Below, in pieces: positions 37,119 to 50,181 of a DNA stretch of 64,000 nt. The position numbers and the translations under genes were made by a program. Source of the stretch: Sphagnum compactum (taxonomy: Eukaryota). The first letter of the stretch is position 1. Each line of letters begins with the position of its first letter. The notes under the pieces were generated by a model. It searched no databases, was not told the origin of the DNA, and was given only the letters and a program-made list of their open reading frames with translations. The stretch spans positions 5,642,001 through 5,706,000 of the forward strand of contig OZ234494.1 in NCBI GenBank assembly GCA_965153455.1, read 5' to 3'.

Positions 37119-39419
37119 TTAAAAGAAACTTTAAATGAAATCATGAGCAAGTTGTGCATTTATTTAATGTTGTTCAATGAGTATAAAATTTTGGAAGAAT
37201 ATTTATAGATTGCGACTTGTTGTCAATCCTAAAAGCACTAGTATTTTTTTTAAGTGTTAGGCTCTTGAAACTTCTTCGTAACTTGCACAAAAATCTACAT
37301 TGGAATTGCCATTCAAGAACTTATTAAAAAGACAAATTATTCTAAATTGAAAACCACATACCTAGTCATATTAATGTTAGCTACTTGGTTTTGGATCAAC
37401 CATTTGAATGCTTCAAATTCTAAAACATTATTCCTGTTTTCATGTTAATTAACCTGCACCTAGCTTATTGCTCTAGTAGAACTTGAGTGTTTCATTTAGC
37501 ACACTTGTGGTCCAGCAAATTGTGCTATTCAACAACACCAAGTATTTTCAAGATGAAACTTAGCAAAATCCACCATAAAAGAAAATTTGACTTGAATATT
37601 TAAATCAAGGAAGGAACTTGCTTCACCTATGTAATACTAATGATGTTGATCTCCTAGCCCTTCCTCTAGATTCCTCATTTAAACTTTGAACTCTCTTAAA
37701 ACATATAATAATCAATACGAATTCTATTAATTACATTTGCCACTTCCACATGTAGATAATGGCATCAATACATATTCTCTTACTACAAACTAAAGGATGT
37801 TAATCTCCAATAATAAAAATGGATTGTAGGAATTTTTTTAACAACTGGTTCTTGTCTTAATTTGAAATAATGAACAAACATGTTATCTTTCCTAACCTGC
37901 ACGCACATAAGTAAATTTGAGAATCAACATATAGAAATTTATTAATTACATACTATTAAATAGAAAACCACTCACTCAAATTAAGCAACCAAGGCTTTGG
38001 ACCCACTTGAGTGACTAAAATTCTCAAAACATAAGTCATGTTTCCCACATAAATTTCACATGCTTGTATGATAGAAAAAAAAATCTTAACTTAATGGTCC
38101 AAGAAATTGTGGTGTTTAGGAGCACCAACTATACTCCAAGTGGAACTTTGAAATGCAATGAAATGGAAACTTAAAAGGTAAAGAATGCTACAACCAGAAG
38201 AGTAGGACAAAAGGTATACTTGAAATGTTTGTGTCAACCTAGTTCAATTGATGTTTAATGTGTAATATAACAAAAAACACACATTCCAATAAAGTTATAA
38301 AACCAGTAGGACCAAAGCCTTCCCCTAAGTACATGCTAATGAAATCTAGTAAAACATTAAGAAACATTATATGAGGACATATTGCATTTAGTAGAATACA
38401 TGAAGCCTAAATGTCAATACTTATAAAACTAGTATAGTAATCCTTCGTTATATTATAAATGAAAATAAGATTTAATAAAAATTAACATGCAGTAAATAGG
38501 GACATAACATAGATCCAGTATAACAAGTGAAATTTAAACTAATGGCAAGTGCCATCAATTATAAAACTAACATGGCCATCCTTCCAAAAGTGTACACCCT
38601 TATGAAATCCAGTAGATATTAACATGTAATAAGTAGGGACATAATACAGATCTAGTAGAACAAAAAAAACTAAAGTAATGGCAAGTATTGAATTAATTCT
38701 AAAACCATTAAATCCATCTTTCTTTATGTAAACCCTAATGAGATCTAGTACAAAATTGACAACTAACAAGTAGGGCATGTAGAACAAGTGAGTTCCTAAA
38801 CTAATTACAAGTATTGTTGACCATAAAACTAGTAGAAAGTTCATCGTGTTAGTACATAAGTGGATATCCAATTAGGTAAGACATGACATATGAAACATAC
38901 AAATAGACAAGTAGACCAACCTATTTCCATCCAGTAGATGTTGCGCAAGTGAACAAGGACAACAAACCCAAAAGTAGCTTGGATTTAATGCACCAATAAA
39001 ACAAGTATTTAGCAATTAAGGGTTAGTACATAATACATCCAATAGATATTTTAGAAATTAGAATTTAAGGAGATTAATGACAAAAAAAATTCAATAATAT
39101 CAACCATCACATTTGTTCAGGTTCAAGCAAGCAGAACGTCAAAAGAAGCACCAAACTCACAAGTAACAAAGTGATCACCAACAATGAATAACTATAAAAT
39201 AACAAGTGTTAAATTAATGATAGCAATTCAAAGATGTGACATGTACCTAGGTAAAAGCAACAAAAATATTTCTAGACAAATTTAAGTAGTCATTGGTGTC
39301 AAAAATGTTCACTACAAAAGAGAAATTCACCTAATTACAACTCATAGCCGAATCCTTTGCTTGATACATGATGAATAAACCATAAAGACTATTCTAGGTT
39401 GAATTATATGGAGAATTGG

Positions 39420-40130
39420 TAAATTCTTACTTGAGACTTTTGCAAGTAATGAGTTGGATGACTTTCAAAAGTGTTGACTACAATTCGCCTCCTCTTCACA
39501 TCTTTTGTATTTGGTGAAATTGTTGTTGTTGTTTCCCACCAATTTTATATCAATGATTTTTTTTTTTTCATTCAATGTGTCATTTCATCTTTTTAGAGGC
39601 ATCCCCCCTAGAAATTTTCCCCATTTTGATCAACATGAATCCGCTTGACCACTACACTTTTAATAGAGTATCTTGAAGCACCAAGGCTCCTTGCAATGTG
39701 TCTTTGGTTAGAGTTCACATTGTTAGATACCACAAATGACAATAAGACATTTTTGAATGTCAAGTGTTGGCTTTGTCTTGTACTTGCCAAAATGTTTAAT
39801 GCAAGCTTCATACTTTCCAACATCCCCCTATTAGTTTCAAACAACTTCCCATTCCTAACATAAATTGGCAAAAGATCTTCCATTTCATGGTGCTCTACTA
39901 GTCTTTGAAAGGCATATCTTTTTTCCTCTTCTGTTAGGTTATGTTCAAGGCTCCCCAATTGCCTTAGCATTAATTCTGCGACTCTTAAACATTTTCTCCA
40001 CCTTGTAGGTCTCTATCCTCCAATCAAATTGATCGGACTATAATTTAGTTGTAAATTAGATTCAGGAGCTACACCAATGTCAAGGGGTAGGTTTCTGTCA
40101 TATGCACTTGCTTGGTATTGTTGTGCTCTT
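39420..40130 (-). pseudogene. unassigned decayed, probably transposon-derived coding remnant
   Basis: Protein-like frames (RHIARSLGASRYSIK; WWETTTTISPNTKDVKRRRI...HPTHYLQ) with stops; family not recognised. Confidence 0.4.
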
Positions 40131-41460
40131 TGGTGTCGAGTTGATGATCAATGCTTACATTTTACTTGATAATCATGCTTATAAAACAATTGAAACTCAT
40201 TTGTTAAATTGAATCTGCATTCAGATATTCAATGAGAACAATTACACAACTTATCAAACACATTAGCTCATGTACATTACTTCAAATATAAACTCAACAA
40301 GCTATTTTATACTATTATGTAAGAGTCCATTGCATAAAGAACTAAACCCACAGCTCATAGTAAGTTGATACTTTCATCCAAAAGTTGAAAAGATGTTTCA
40401 TGATCAAGTATTTTTACCTTTCTTTTCCTTTTTGTAGGGCATCTTTTCTTGTTTCCTTGCCAATCTTTGGGCCTCCCTTTGAGTGGCGTTGAATTTTTTT
40501 ATTCTGTAGGCATCCCATAAAAGTAGCTAACACAAATTTAGTGTATCAAAAAGTCACTACAAGATATATACAGAAACATTAACACATTTAGATTGACCAT
40601 AAGAAATTTCTAGCCATGTGCATATAAGTTACAGAACAATGAGTTTGAGCATACAAGAAAACACATGACCCTAAACCTATAGGCTTTGCAAATAGACATT
40701 TGGGAAGAAAAAAAAGATCCATAACCCATCCATAACACAAGTTACCCAAACATATAAAAGGATTGATATGGATTTGTACCCAAATTGCTTGTTAAGGTTT
40801 CAAGATATAATCTAGATGGATCAATGTCCAACATTATGCATTTAAAGCTCACCACTTAAGAGCAACAAAATCTAGACAATCATCAATTTCAAGAAATTAC
40901 ATCTTTAAGATTTTTTGAAGAGAACTTGTGTAAACCCTAAGAGACACAAAGAACATAGTTCCTAAAGGATTTGTACCTTTATTTCATCTTCTTCAAATAT
41001 GATTATTTGACCTTCAAAGGAAATCAATTTATGTTTGAAACAATGAAGTTTGATGAAGAATCTAAACTAATGTTTAGAACCTAAATCAAACACAAGTTGT
41101 CTTTTAGAGGTTAGATTTCAAAAATAGATGCAACATTCCTTGGATCATAATGGAATCTTAAAATGATTTTTCACCTTGAGAAGACAAGTTTTGTTCGATT
41201 CAAAGAAGAAACTAATGCAATCCATTCCAATATAATGTGCCAAACTTGAACTTATCAACTTGGGAAAAGATTACCTGTATAGACACCAACAATTCATGGT
41301 TTCAACATAATATTGGAAAGAAATTTCCAAACATTTTAAAAGCAATGTGACAAGGATTAATGCAGTCAAATCAATTTCCTAATTGCATGACCAAAATCTT
41401 TGTTCAAGTACATTAAACAATCATCTTCATCACCAATAGTATTTAGAACATATCACATTA

Positions 41461-41832
41461 GGGTAAAAAGGGGCTAATAGGAGCCAACGGCAACCTCTTG
41501 AGTCACTATGATTAGTCCTGAAAAGATGATGTGGCAGCACAAGATTGGATGAAAAGTTTTAAGGTAGTGCTAAACAACGGTGCTTAAACAATGTTTTTAC
41601 ATTGTTTCATTGTGCTAAAAAACATTGGTTACGGGCTTTAAAATGTGCTGAAAAGTACTCTATATTTATTGGATTATTTTAAAACTTTACTAGATGTTAA
41701 ATTAACATATTAGAAAGGGCTTCACATAAATACAACATATACTTTCAACATTAACTTAGTTTATGAGACTTATGAACATCAAAACCAAGGATTGGTTAAG
41801 CCAAAATTGGTTCCTATTAACTTGGTTTACCC
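41461..41832. mobile_element. MITE with GGG termini and 4-bp TSD (possibly Sola-like)
   Basis: TIRs GGGTAAAAAGGGGCTAATAGGAGCCAA / TTGGTTCCTATTAACTTGGTTTACCC, ATTA on both flanks. Confidence 0.7.
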
Positions 41833-43939
41833 ATTAAGGTACATTTTATTTACAAACCCACATGACCTCCACAAACCTAAAGTTGGAGCTTGTTATCAGT
41901 AGCTAGATTCCATGTCCCTTTGCTTATGACACATTGAATTCACACATTTGGTTTTACAATGCCAACTAAATTGATCATTTATACTCTTCACTATAGGGAA
42001 ACAGTAAAATTGATTCCAATACAATTTCACATTGTAGATGTAGGACAATATTATAGCCCTAAGCAACCTAATATACCAAACACCCACACTAGCCATTTGG
42101 CCATTATTTGGATTACCTAATTATGAAGAACACAAGTGTGCCAACAAACCCAATATCTACAAGATTGAAGTTCACATCTTTAGCTCATACAAGCTCTTGC
42201 TTTCATTTTCACCTCAAGAATCCCACCAAACATTATGCACAACTTTTCAATGGTAACTTTAAACTAAAAAACTAGACAAGGAGACTACATGTTGTGAACT
42301 AATTACCCTAGTAACTTGTTATTTGTCAAAAAATATAGTAAAATCTACCACCAATTCTTTTAGCTTGAACATATGTTCATTGTTACACAAAAACCTATAG
42401 TATCAAGATAGGATTAGATAGAAAAGAAAGTGCAAGAGGGCTCCATTTGTTTATTAAAATATGCACACTTACAATATTTGTGCTGTAACATATAACCCTA
42501 AAGCCCATAATTAGATGGCACAACATTGCCATATGGTCCAATTATTGGGGGAAAAAAACCCTAATGAAAATTTCTTCTTCATCCTTACACCTTTTTCATT
42601 CATTGAATGTGACATTGAAAAGGGTGCCAAAAAGGAACATAGGAGATTTTGAAGTAGTTAGGGTGGGGTGAGTGGGGGGGGGGGGATGAATTTACTAAAC
42701 TTGGCCAAGGTTTTGACAAAAGTATAGTCAAGTAGGTAAAGCCCACTTTTCTACTTCTGAACCTATGGAAACATGTGAAATTCAACTTGGAAATCCCCCC
42801 CCCCCCCCAAATAGCCATGCCTTCCCCATCTTGTCTACATTCCAAAACATATTTTTCATTTGAAACTGTAAAAGTAGGTGAAAAGTAATCCCAAATGAAT
42901 AGCACTTTTTCCATGTTCATTCGTATTTCCCCTTTTAACCAATGTCATATTTGCATTCCTAATGTATTCAAAACATGTACCATGTGCAAATGTAAGCACC
43001 CATACAATTTTTAAATATTTCCATAACATTTTCTGCTACTTGTTGTCTATTTTTCAAAATGTGAGCGAAATAGGTGTCAAAATATATACCATCAAATCCA
43101 TATTAAATTATGGTATTCCTTCCTTTTCAACACTTAAACTCTAAGCAATTGAAGTTTTTTACATGGACATTGCAAAAAAAAATTCAAATTCAAATTTATT
43201 TATCTCCCTATTTACATATGTTTATCAATAATACAAATTTGCATATACTCGGGGTACTTTTTTGGTCTAATTTACTATGCTTGGACCCCAATGTAAATTG
43301 TCCATTTGAAAGTAGGAGGCAAGTGGAATACCTAAAACTTAAATTTACAAGTTTCAAAATTGTGACACATGTCTTAATTTAATCAACTAGGGGAAAAGTT
43401 AGAAGCAAAAACATGGGTTTTTTCAATCTTTAGAATTTGTCATTGTTATGTAAGGTAATTATTTTCTTTTACAAAACAATGTTCAATTCTCAATTTTTCC
43501 ATTTTAATAAATCATGGACTTTATAAACTATTGGCAATCTTATGGAATCTTGATCAATTAAAATATTAAACTTACTTGTAAGGCCTTATTTTAACATTAC
43601 AATAGCCTCACAATCATATTATGAAAAAAAAACAAACATTTGACACATGTTTATTATGTAATAAAAGTCCATAAATGTTTTTATGGCTGTGACAAAAGAT
43701 GTCACATCACATTAAAAAGTCCACCTTGTAATGAAATGATGGCATTTTATTTTCAAAATTTTAAGTTTGACTTTACAAATGTTATAAATTAGTTAAATGA
43801 GTCCTTTTTATGATTTTCAATCATATCCCAATACATATTGTACCAAACTTAAACATAACCCCCCCCCTAATTGCCCTTGGGACACAAAAAAAATGGACAC
43901 CTTAGTATGCCAAAACCCCATCAACAAATGTGCACAAAT

Positions 43940-44496
43940 TTATAAATTCATCAAAGTATTCATATATTTCAATCCATGATGGTCATGGGTTAATGATGAT
44001 GTATGACATACACATGCACTTAAATTCTTTCAATACAACAACTAATGATGGTTTAGAATATATAGAAGCAGTTTTTAATATTAATACACAAAAAGAAATA
44101 CATATTGTATGTGTGTATACAATTCATTCGTGTTCAGTTTCTACATTTCTAAACAATCTTCAAAATATAATTCAACATTATTTCAAACATTGTCCAATCA
44201 CCAATGTGGGAGATTTTAATGTTGACATTCTAAAACACAATAACCAAGCAAAAACTAAATAAAAACTATTAGATTTCATGGATAAATTGCAATTAAAATC
44301 ATAATTTAATGATAGCACCACACAAGTTGGATTTCCATTAAACCATATATGGGCAAATGTTTTTGGACATGAATGCAAATATGGTGTAATAGAAACATAT
44401 TGGTCAAATTTTCACAAACTAATTTATATTGCATTCAAATTACCCAACACACTTCCATTGTATAACAAAAAACCATTAATGTCTCCATTTATTTAA
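43940..44496 (+). pseudogene. apurinic-like (EEP) endonuclease remnant, probably from a Helentron or LINE
   Basis: IHIVCVY, VGDFNVDIL, STTQVGFPLNHIW and TYWSNFHK motifs with internal stops. Confidence 0.7.
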
Positions 44497-47400
44497 AGTG
44501 TAATGTTTGTGATCATATGCATGTAAATGTTGCATTTTTCACCTAATTAATTACTCCCAAAATGTTGGCACCTTGTGCCTTGAATTTGTATTTTTACATT
44601 TTTTCATGGACCATGTGCAAAAAAAATCATAAATCTCAATAACAAGACAAACAAAAATTTGGACAATTTTTTTATCCACACATACACTCATCAAACAAAA
44701 TAACAAAATATCTTTCATGGAAAACCTAAACCCAAAATGTGACAAAAAAAATATAAAATTTGTCAAATTCTCAAACTTAAAAATGAAAATAAGACTAAGA
44801 ATTAAAAATCTTTCCACTAAACTATATCCATTCAATATTGCTGTTTATTTCAAACATCAAAATACCTCATGCACAGTGTTAAAAATTGTCTACATTATCC
44901 AAGTTTGGAAACTTGGATTTTCTTAAAACAATATGATTAATTATTATTTATAATTTTATATTCATTTATATGGTTAAAGGAGAGAAAATGAAACTATGGT
45001 TTCAATTTCTAAATATCCACAATGAATTCTACGAGGGTTAGAAAATTTTATTTCTTAGCACAAATGTGAGAAAACTATTTTCATGGTCTTTCATAAACCC
45101 AACGATCTTTCATCCAATATATAAACTTGAGTTCATAGTAAAACATTAAATGTAATACCCTATTTTCAGGACAGAGCCTCTCATTGCAGAGCCCCTTGTA
45201 ATTTGAAGAAGAGTCTCCATCTTGTTTTTCCTTTGTAGAAGTTCAGCTCTGGGCTGGCATCATAATACTTTTGTTTGTGGAATTTTTCTTTAGCATAATG
45301 CCCTTGCTTGACATTTGAAACTGTATCATCTCGCTACAATATGATGAAATTCATTCATGAACTTTAGCCTTAATCCTACCATTGACATGTCAAGCTCACC
45401 ATTAAAACCACTTGAACCACCAAAGGCCAAAAAGTGGATTTGGAGTTGGGCCCCAATTTTCATTTGTAGTAAGTGTGTCCATGTGACTTGATGAGACCAA
45501 ATGTGATCAATAATTAATGAAACTCGCAAATGGAATTGGTAAAGTACCTTCATCCATTCCTATCTCTTCCTTGCCCAGAAACCTAAGCAGGCCTCATCAT
45601 TTTTCCCGCTCATTCTTGTATCTGCTTCAAGTCATGGGACTTCTTTTTTTTCCCAACCCCAGGACCCATCTATGGTGGTGAAAACCATGGCCCTCCATTT
45701 CATCACTTTGGTTTGACCTCCCATGTAGTGAAAATTTAAAAAATCAAATAAAATGGAAAGGTCCCATGGTTGGTGTGGAAGGTTGCCCTGGCTATGGTGG
45801 GAGGGACAGCAGCTGCCATGGCTATTGTGATCACTGCATTTAACAGTGATCACCCAAACTATGTTTGCCCCAAAAAAAACTCATATCCAGTTCCAACTTC
45901 CAAACCCTTGTCTAAACAGTGTCAAAAGTATACGGAGGCATTCACGAGCTCATAGACGTTCATCTTTTTTTTGCAAAGTAGAACCCAGTATGGCCGAACT
46001 GTGGAAACAGAACGACAGAAACTGTGTAGGCCGTGATTGGGAACACTGTTTCTATGGCAAATCATGAATAAGAGCTTACGCCATAGTGAGAGCTTTAGTC
46101 CTTTTGGTGGCCCTAGTTGAACTCTAGGTCTCCATGTCTGAAGCACTGGGATTTAGATTGACACGTATGACCCACTCCAAAATTTTCTCAGACCAATGCT
46201 ACCTGACTTTGAGGTTTGCGTGGACCAGATCTCAGCAACTCAACAGAAAATGGTTAGATAATTCTATCAACATGTAGCACATTTGTGAAGTTTATATATG
46301 ATGGCCATAAATTTGCTCGGATCTGCACAAATAAATCAGTCTTTTGGGACAGTCGTTTTCAATTTCTTCAAAGATTAGCATTCGCCACGATCAGGTTTTG
46401 AGTGACTGAGACCTCATAAAAATATGCAGCTTTTCAAATGCCCATGACCGCTCATGCTGCAGGCCGGCTATACTGAGTGGAAATTATGATTTCCACTAGT
46501 GTCACAGGCTTTACAACCTAGAGGGGCATCACCCTCTCTATTGCACGTGGTTAAAGCGAACTGGAACACAATGCTAGGCAGCGGGAACAGCAACTGTGCA
46601 CGCATGCAAAACTTTGTCCAGCAGGAGTCGGCGCACCTACATGAAGTGACTGCTTTTTCTCGGGTTTTAAGCACAACGACCCAGGTTAATAACGTTTCTT
46701 GACCAATCTCAACAAAAGCACTTCAATGTGATGACATTTGAGAGGTTTCGTCTGTTATGCAGCAGATCTTTACCTACACGTGAAACTGTATAATGGTATG
46801 TCATGTTAATTTGGCGCCATATAGTCTATAGACACATACAGGAGAACAAGAGTGGTTTGGAGCATTGGGCCGATGCAGACGTTGCAACCCCGAGTGGTAG
46901 TGCAGACTAATCATAAAGGACGATCGATCATCAACCGATAAAGAGGTGTCTACGTGTAGCCTTCAATGGTTCTAGTTGCAGATCAAGCCCCAACTCAGGC
47001 AAACTACAGGTCAATCGTTGGATTTAAGAACTTTCTAGAAGCAATGAGGATTCATGAGATTATATTGGTCTGCAGCAACCAAGCTTAGACGTACCTCAAA
47101 CAGTACATTGAAAACTTTGGAGCTGCTTTTGGAAATAATTTGAACCGAGTCTGAACCCTGCAACACATCACGATGTGATAAATATGACGCTAAGTCGGGA
47201 TCTAGCTGAACATGCTAACGAGATGGTCACTTTCTGCGAGCAATGGTGGAAGGAAGCGAAGACGACGTGTATAAACCGATCATCGGTGCATTGTTCATCA
47301 AATCACTGGTTACATTGGGATATCAGTACATTAAGACTAGGCATTCCTCTACAAAGCATCGATTAAATTATCTCAATAATTATAAAGTGAAGCTGCTGTG

Positions 47401-48082
47401 AACATATATAATCAGTCCTCAGTTTGTACCTGCTGATATGTCAATCCCAAGCTCACTTGAGCTTACAGAGACAATGTATGTAGCAAGCACTCTAGTGTTC
47501 TGGTTGCTACTCTTAACAGGAACCTTTCAAATCTATCTCAAATTTGTAACTACATTAGTAGTATCCCCAGCTCTCTATGTTCTTAGCACCTGACAAGTTA
47601 TCCGAACTGCTCTCAAGCAGCAAGCTATCACGAGCCTAGTGCTGAGGTTGGGCCATCTGATAAGCTTCGTAGAAGTCTGAAGATTGGGCCTAGCTCCGCA
47701 TTTGTGCATCTTGGATATTATCGTAAACGCTCAAACTACTGCCACCACGGCTTCACGATGCTACATTGCCATCTATTAAGCTCGGTGCGCCCAACGCATG
47801 CGCAGACCTCTGATTCTTGGAAACGTTCCTTCAAAATGTAAGGTACTAAAGGTGTGTACCCATAAAGTCCGAAAGGATACCCTGATTTAGAGCAGTCAGA
47901 AATATTTCGAGAATATACACCTAGTGTACGAGGACTGGAGTTTAGGAGTAATTACAACGTGAGGGCTCCTCCATGATCAGGTGCTCCACAATCGTATGCC
48001 ATCCAACATGGAAGCTCGACAGGAGTTTTTCAAGACGACGGAGTGATCGGCGATGAATCCGGATGATTATGGACGTCGTGTC

Positions 48083-48721
48083 TCATTGTGTGGCGGGCAT
48101 TCGGACATGCATGTTGTTTGCGTTCCTACTGCCGCCGTCGATGACATCAGAGGAACCCGGAGGAGGTCGCTTGCGTTTCTTCTTTTCGTAAGCAACGCCT
48201 CGCGCCTTCTTCTGCATTTCGCGCACCTCGCGAAGGTAAAGACGTACCGTCCGAGCTCCGAATGGGTTTGACTCAGGCTTCCCGCCGTTCTCCTCGAACG
48301 CAGCCCGTAATCTGCCGATGAGCGCGTCGAGAGACCCCCACGCTTGGCGAAGCGGGCATGAACAAGGGTGAGGAGGATGTGGAAAACCGAAGTAAGGGCA
48401 TGTGGGAAGATGCACCTTCGTCTTTCCGAACTGGTCCAAGTATTTCACGAAGTCGAGAACATGCGTGCCGGTACATCTCGCGAGCGGCAGAGGCGGTCGA
48501 TGGTTGCCCAGGTACTGGCCAAAGGTGTTCCAATCTCGTCGCTTCTGCGCTTCGTAGCGGCTAGGCGCTCTCATCGATCCATGATCCTGCGTCTGCAGCC
48601 GATCATGACCGAATCCTATACCACCACCACCGTAAACCGCCTCCCCTGATCCCATATTCGAAGTTCCTGCCCCATTATCGACCAGTGATCCCCGGCCCAC
48701 TCCGCCCGGGTCGCCACTCAT
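48083..48721 (-). CDS. LSH: ALOG-domain (LSH/G1-like) transcription factor
   Basis: [78 protein letters not shown] and NLS KKKRKR; single intact exon. Confidence 0.97.
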   Translation of the reverse strand: MSGDPGGVGRGSLVDNGAGTSNMGSGEAVYGGGGIGFGHDRLQTQDHGSMRAPSRYEAQKRRDWNTFGQYLGNHRPPLPLARCTGTHVLDFVKYLDQFGKTKVHLPTCPYFGFPHPPHPCSCPLRQAWGSLDALIGRLRAAFEENGGKPESNPFGARTVRLYLREVREMQKKARGVAYEKKKRKRPPPGSSDVIDGGSRNANNMHVRMPATQ

Positions 48722-49399
48722 GAATCACGAATTACACCCGCCTACTGGACAAACTCGCCCTACTCTGCGATTTGCGACAAGCTTGAGTACTATCCCCAGC
48801 TCTCACATGCAGCCACTGTGTGGCTCCTGCAGTTGACAAATTTTCTAGTTAAACCCCCAGACTGTTCCTGTCACTGGGCACGGCTTCAGACGTCTCAAGC
48901 CCCGGTTTTTTCGCATCTGGTTTGCGAGTGGCATATCCAGAAACAGGCACTACCTCTCACACATAAGCGAGCAACTCACACAGAAAACCACATCAACCCT
49001 TCCTGGCGATAATCTCGCTTACTACGAATTAATCCCTGTGCCAGGATCTAGTTTCCCCGCCTGAGAACCCGGAATCGATCGAAACAGACCTACGTCCCCA
49101 ATAGCTAACTCTCGAGCGACGTCCGATCGTAGCTGGTTCCCAAAACCCTACCAGTAGCTTCAGCAGCTACGGTCACAACCCTCCTGCGAGGTCGAAGGTC
49201 GATACTCGACACATCAAAGCACCTGCTACAAGGCACACAAAGTGGTGTAGTCTCGCGTGAACGATAAGGAGGGGAAATAAAAATCTAACATAACAACGCA
49301 CCGAACCTTTTGGAATTCGCGCTTGTCAGACATAACTATTCAGACGCTGCTGCAACAACAAAAGTTACGCAGATCCGTATCCCAAAGTCCAGTTCTAGT

Positions 49400-50050
49400 A
49401 CGAACCTCCCCTCGGCGCTCCCGACGACTTAATTCAGATTCCACATATAATGCCGTAATTACGACCCCTCCAATGTATTAGGTTCCCTTGCAGCAACTGC
49501 AGCAGGCCGCCCGCGGGCACTGAGCTGTGATGAGGCCATCGGGCCATTAAAGCAGGCCAGCGCGCCTCCAAGAGGCCAGACCTAATTGCCTCTGCAAGTG
49601 CGTCAGAGAAATTATCGAGCTACTTGATGATGAATCAGCTAGCTTGTGGGAGCGATGTAGCTTGTAGACCATCGACGAGCTTGCTTGTTGGTGGACATGG
49701 TGGTGGGGCGGGAGTTAGAACTAGGGAGAGGAGGGAAAAGGACGGCAGCAGTAGTTTGCCTTCTTGCCCTACCTGGGATGCCTACCTGACACTACCTACC
49801 TGATGGCAGTTTAGTGAATCGGGTACGGCCCGCGGGGCCCGCCCGCAAGTGCACGTGCAGGCCGGGCAGACCAGGACCACCTTGCATGCGTTGACCGGAT
49901 TGGGTCCCAAACTGCTAGCCCCTGCCCGCTCGCCTGCCAGCTTTTCGTGCTGTTACCCACCCATGTTGCCTCTTTCCCACGCATATTTTTGCGCGTTCAT
50001 TACCCCCACCCCGACACTAGCAACCCTGACCAGTCTTCACCAACGTTGCA
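49400..50050 (-). promoter_or_regulatory. GC/CpG-rich upstream region of the ALOG gene with a G-box
   Basis: CpG-rich island in an AT-rich background, palindromic TGCACGTGCA at 49850-49859 and GGCCC motifs. Confidence 0.4.
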
Positions 50051-50181
50051 ATTCGTCAAAGGGTGCTTCGTGAATAGAACTTGAAGGCGGTGTCCTGCCA
50101 TCAAACATGCTGCCTATGTCTATCCCTCCCATGGTCAATGATTTGTTGAAGAATATTGGTGAATTTGATCAGTGTTAATTC

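Noticed and set aside
265..48721. Functional cluster of NAGLU, GLP and ALOG
   Set aside because: Unrelated families separated by 17-26 kb of TE debris; no sequence evidence of co-regulation
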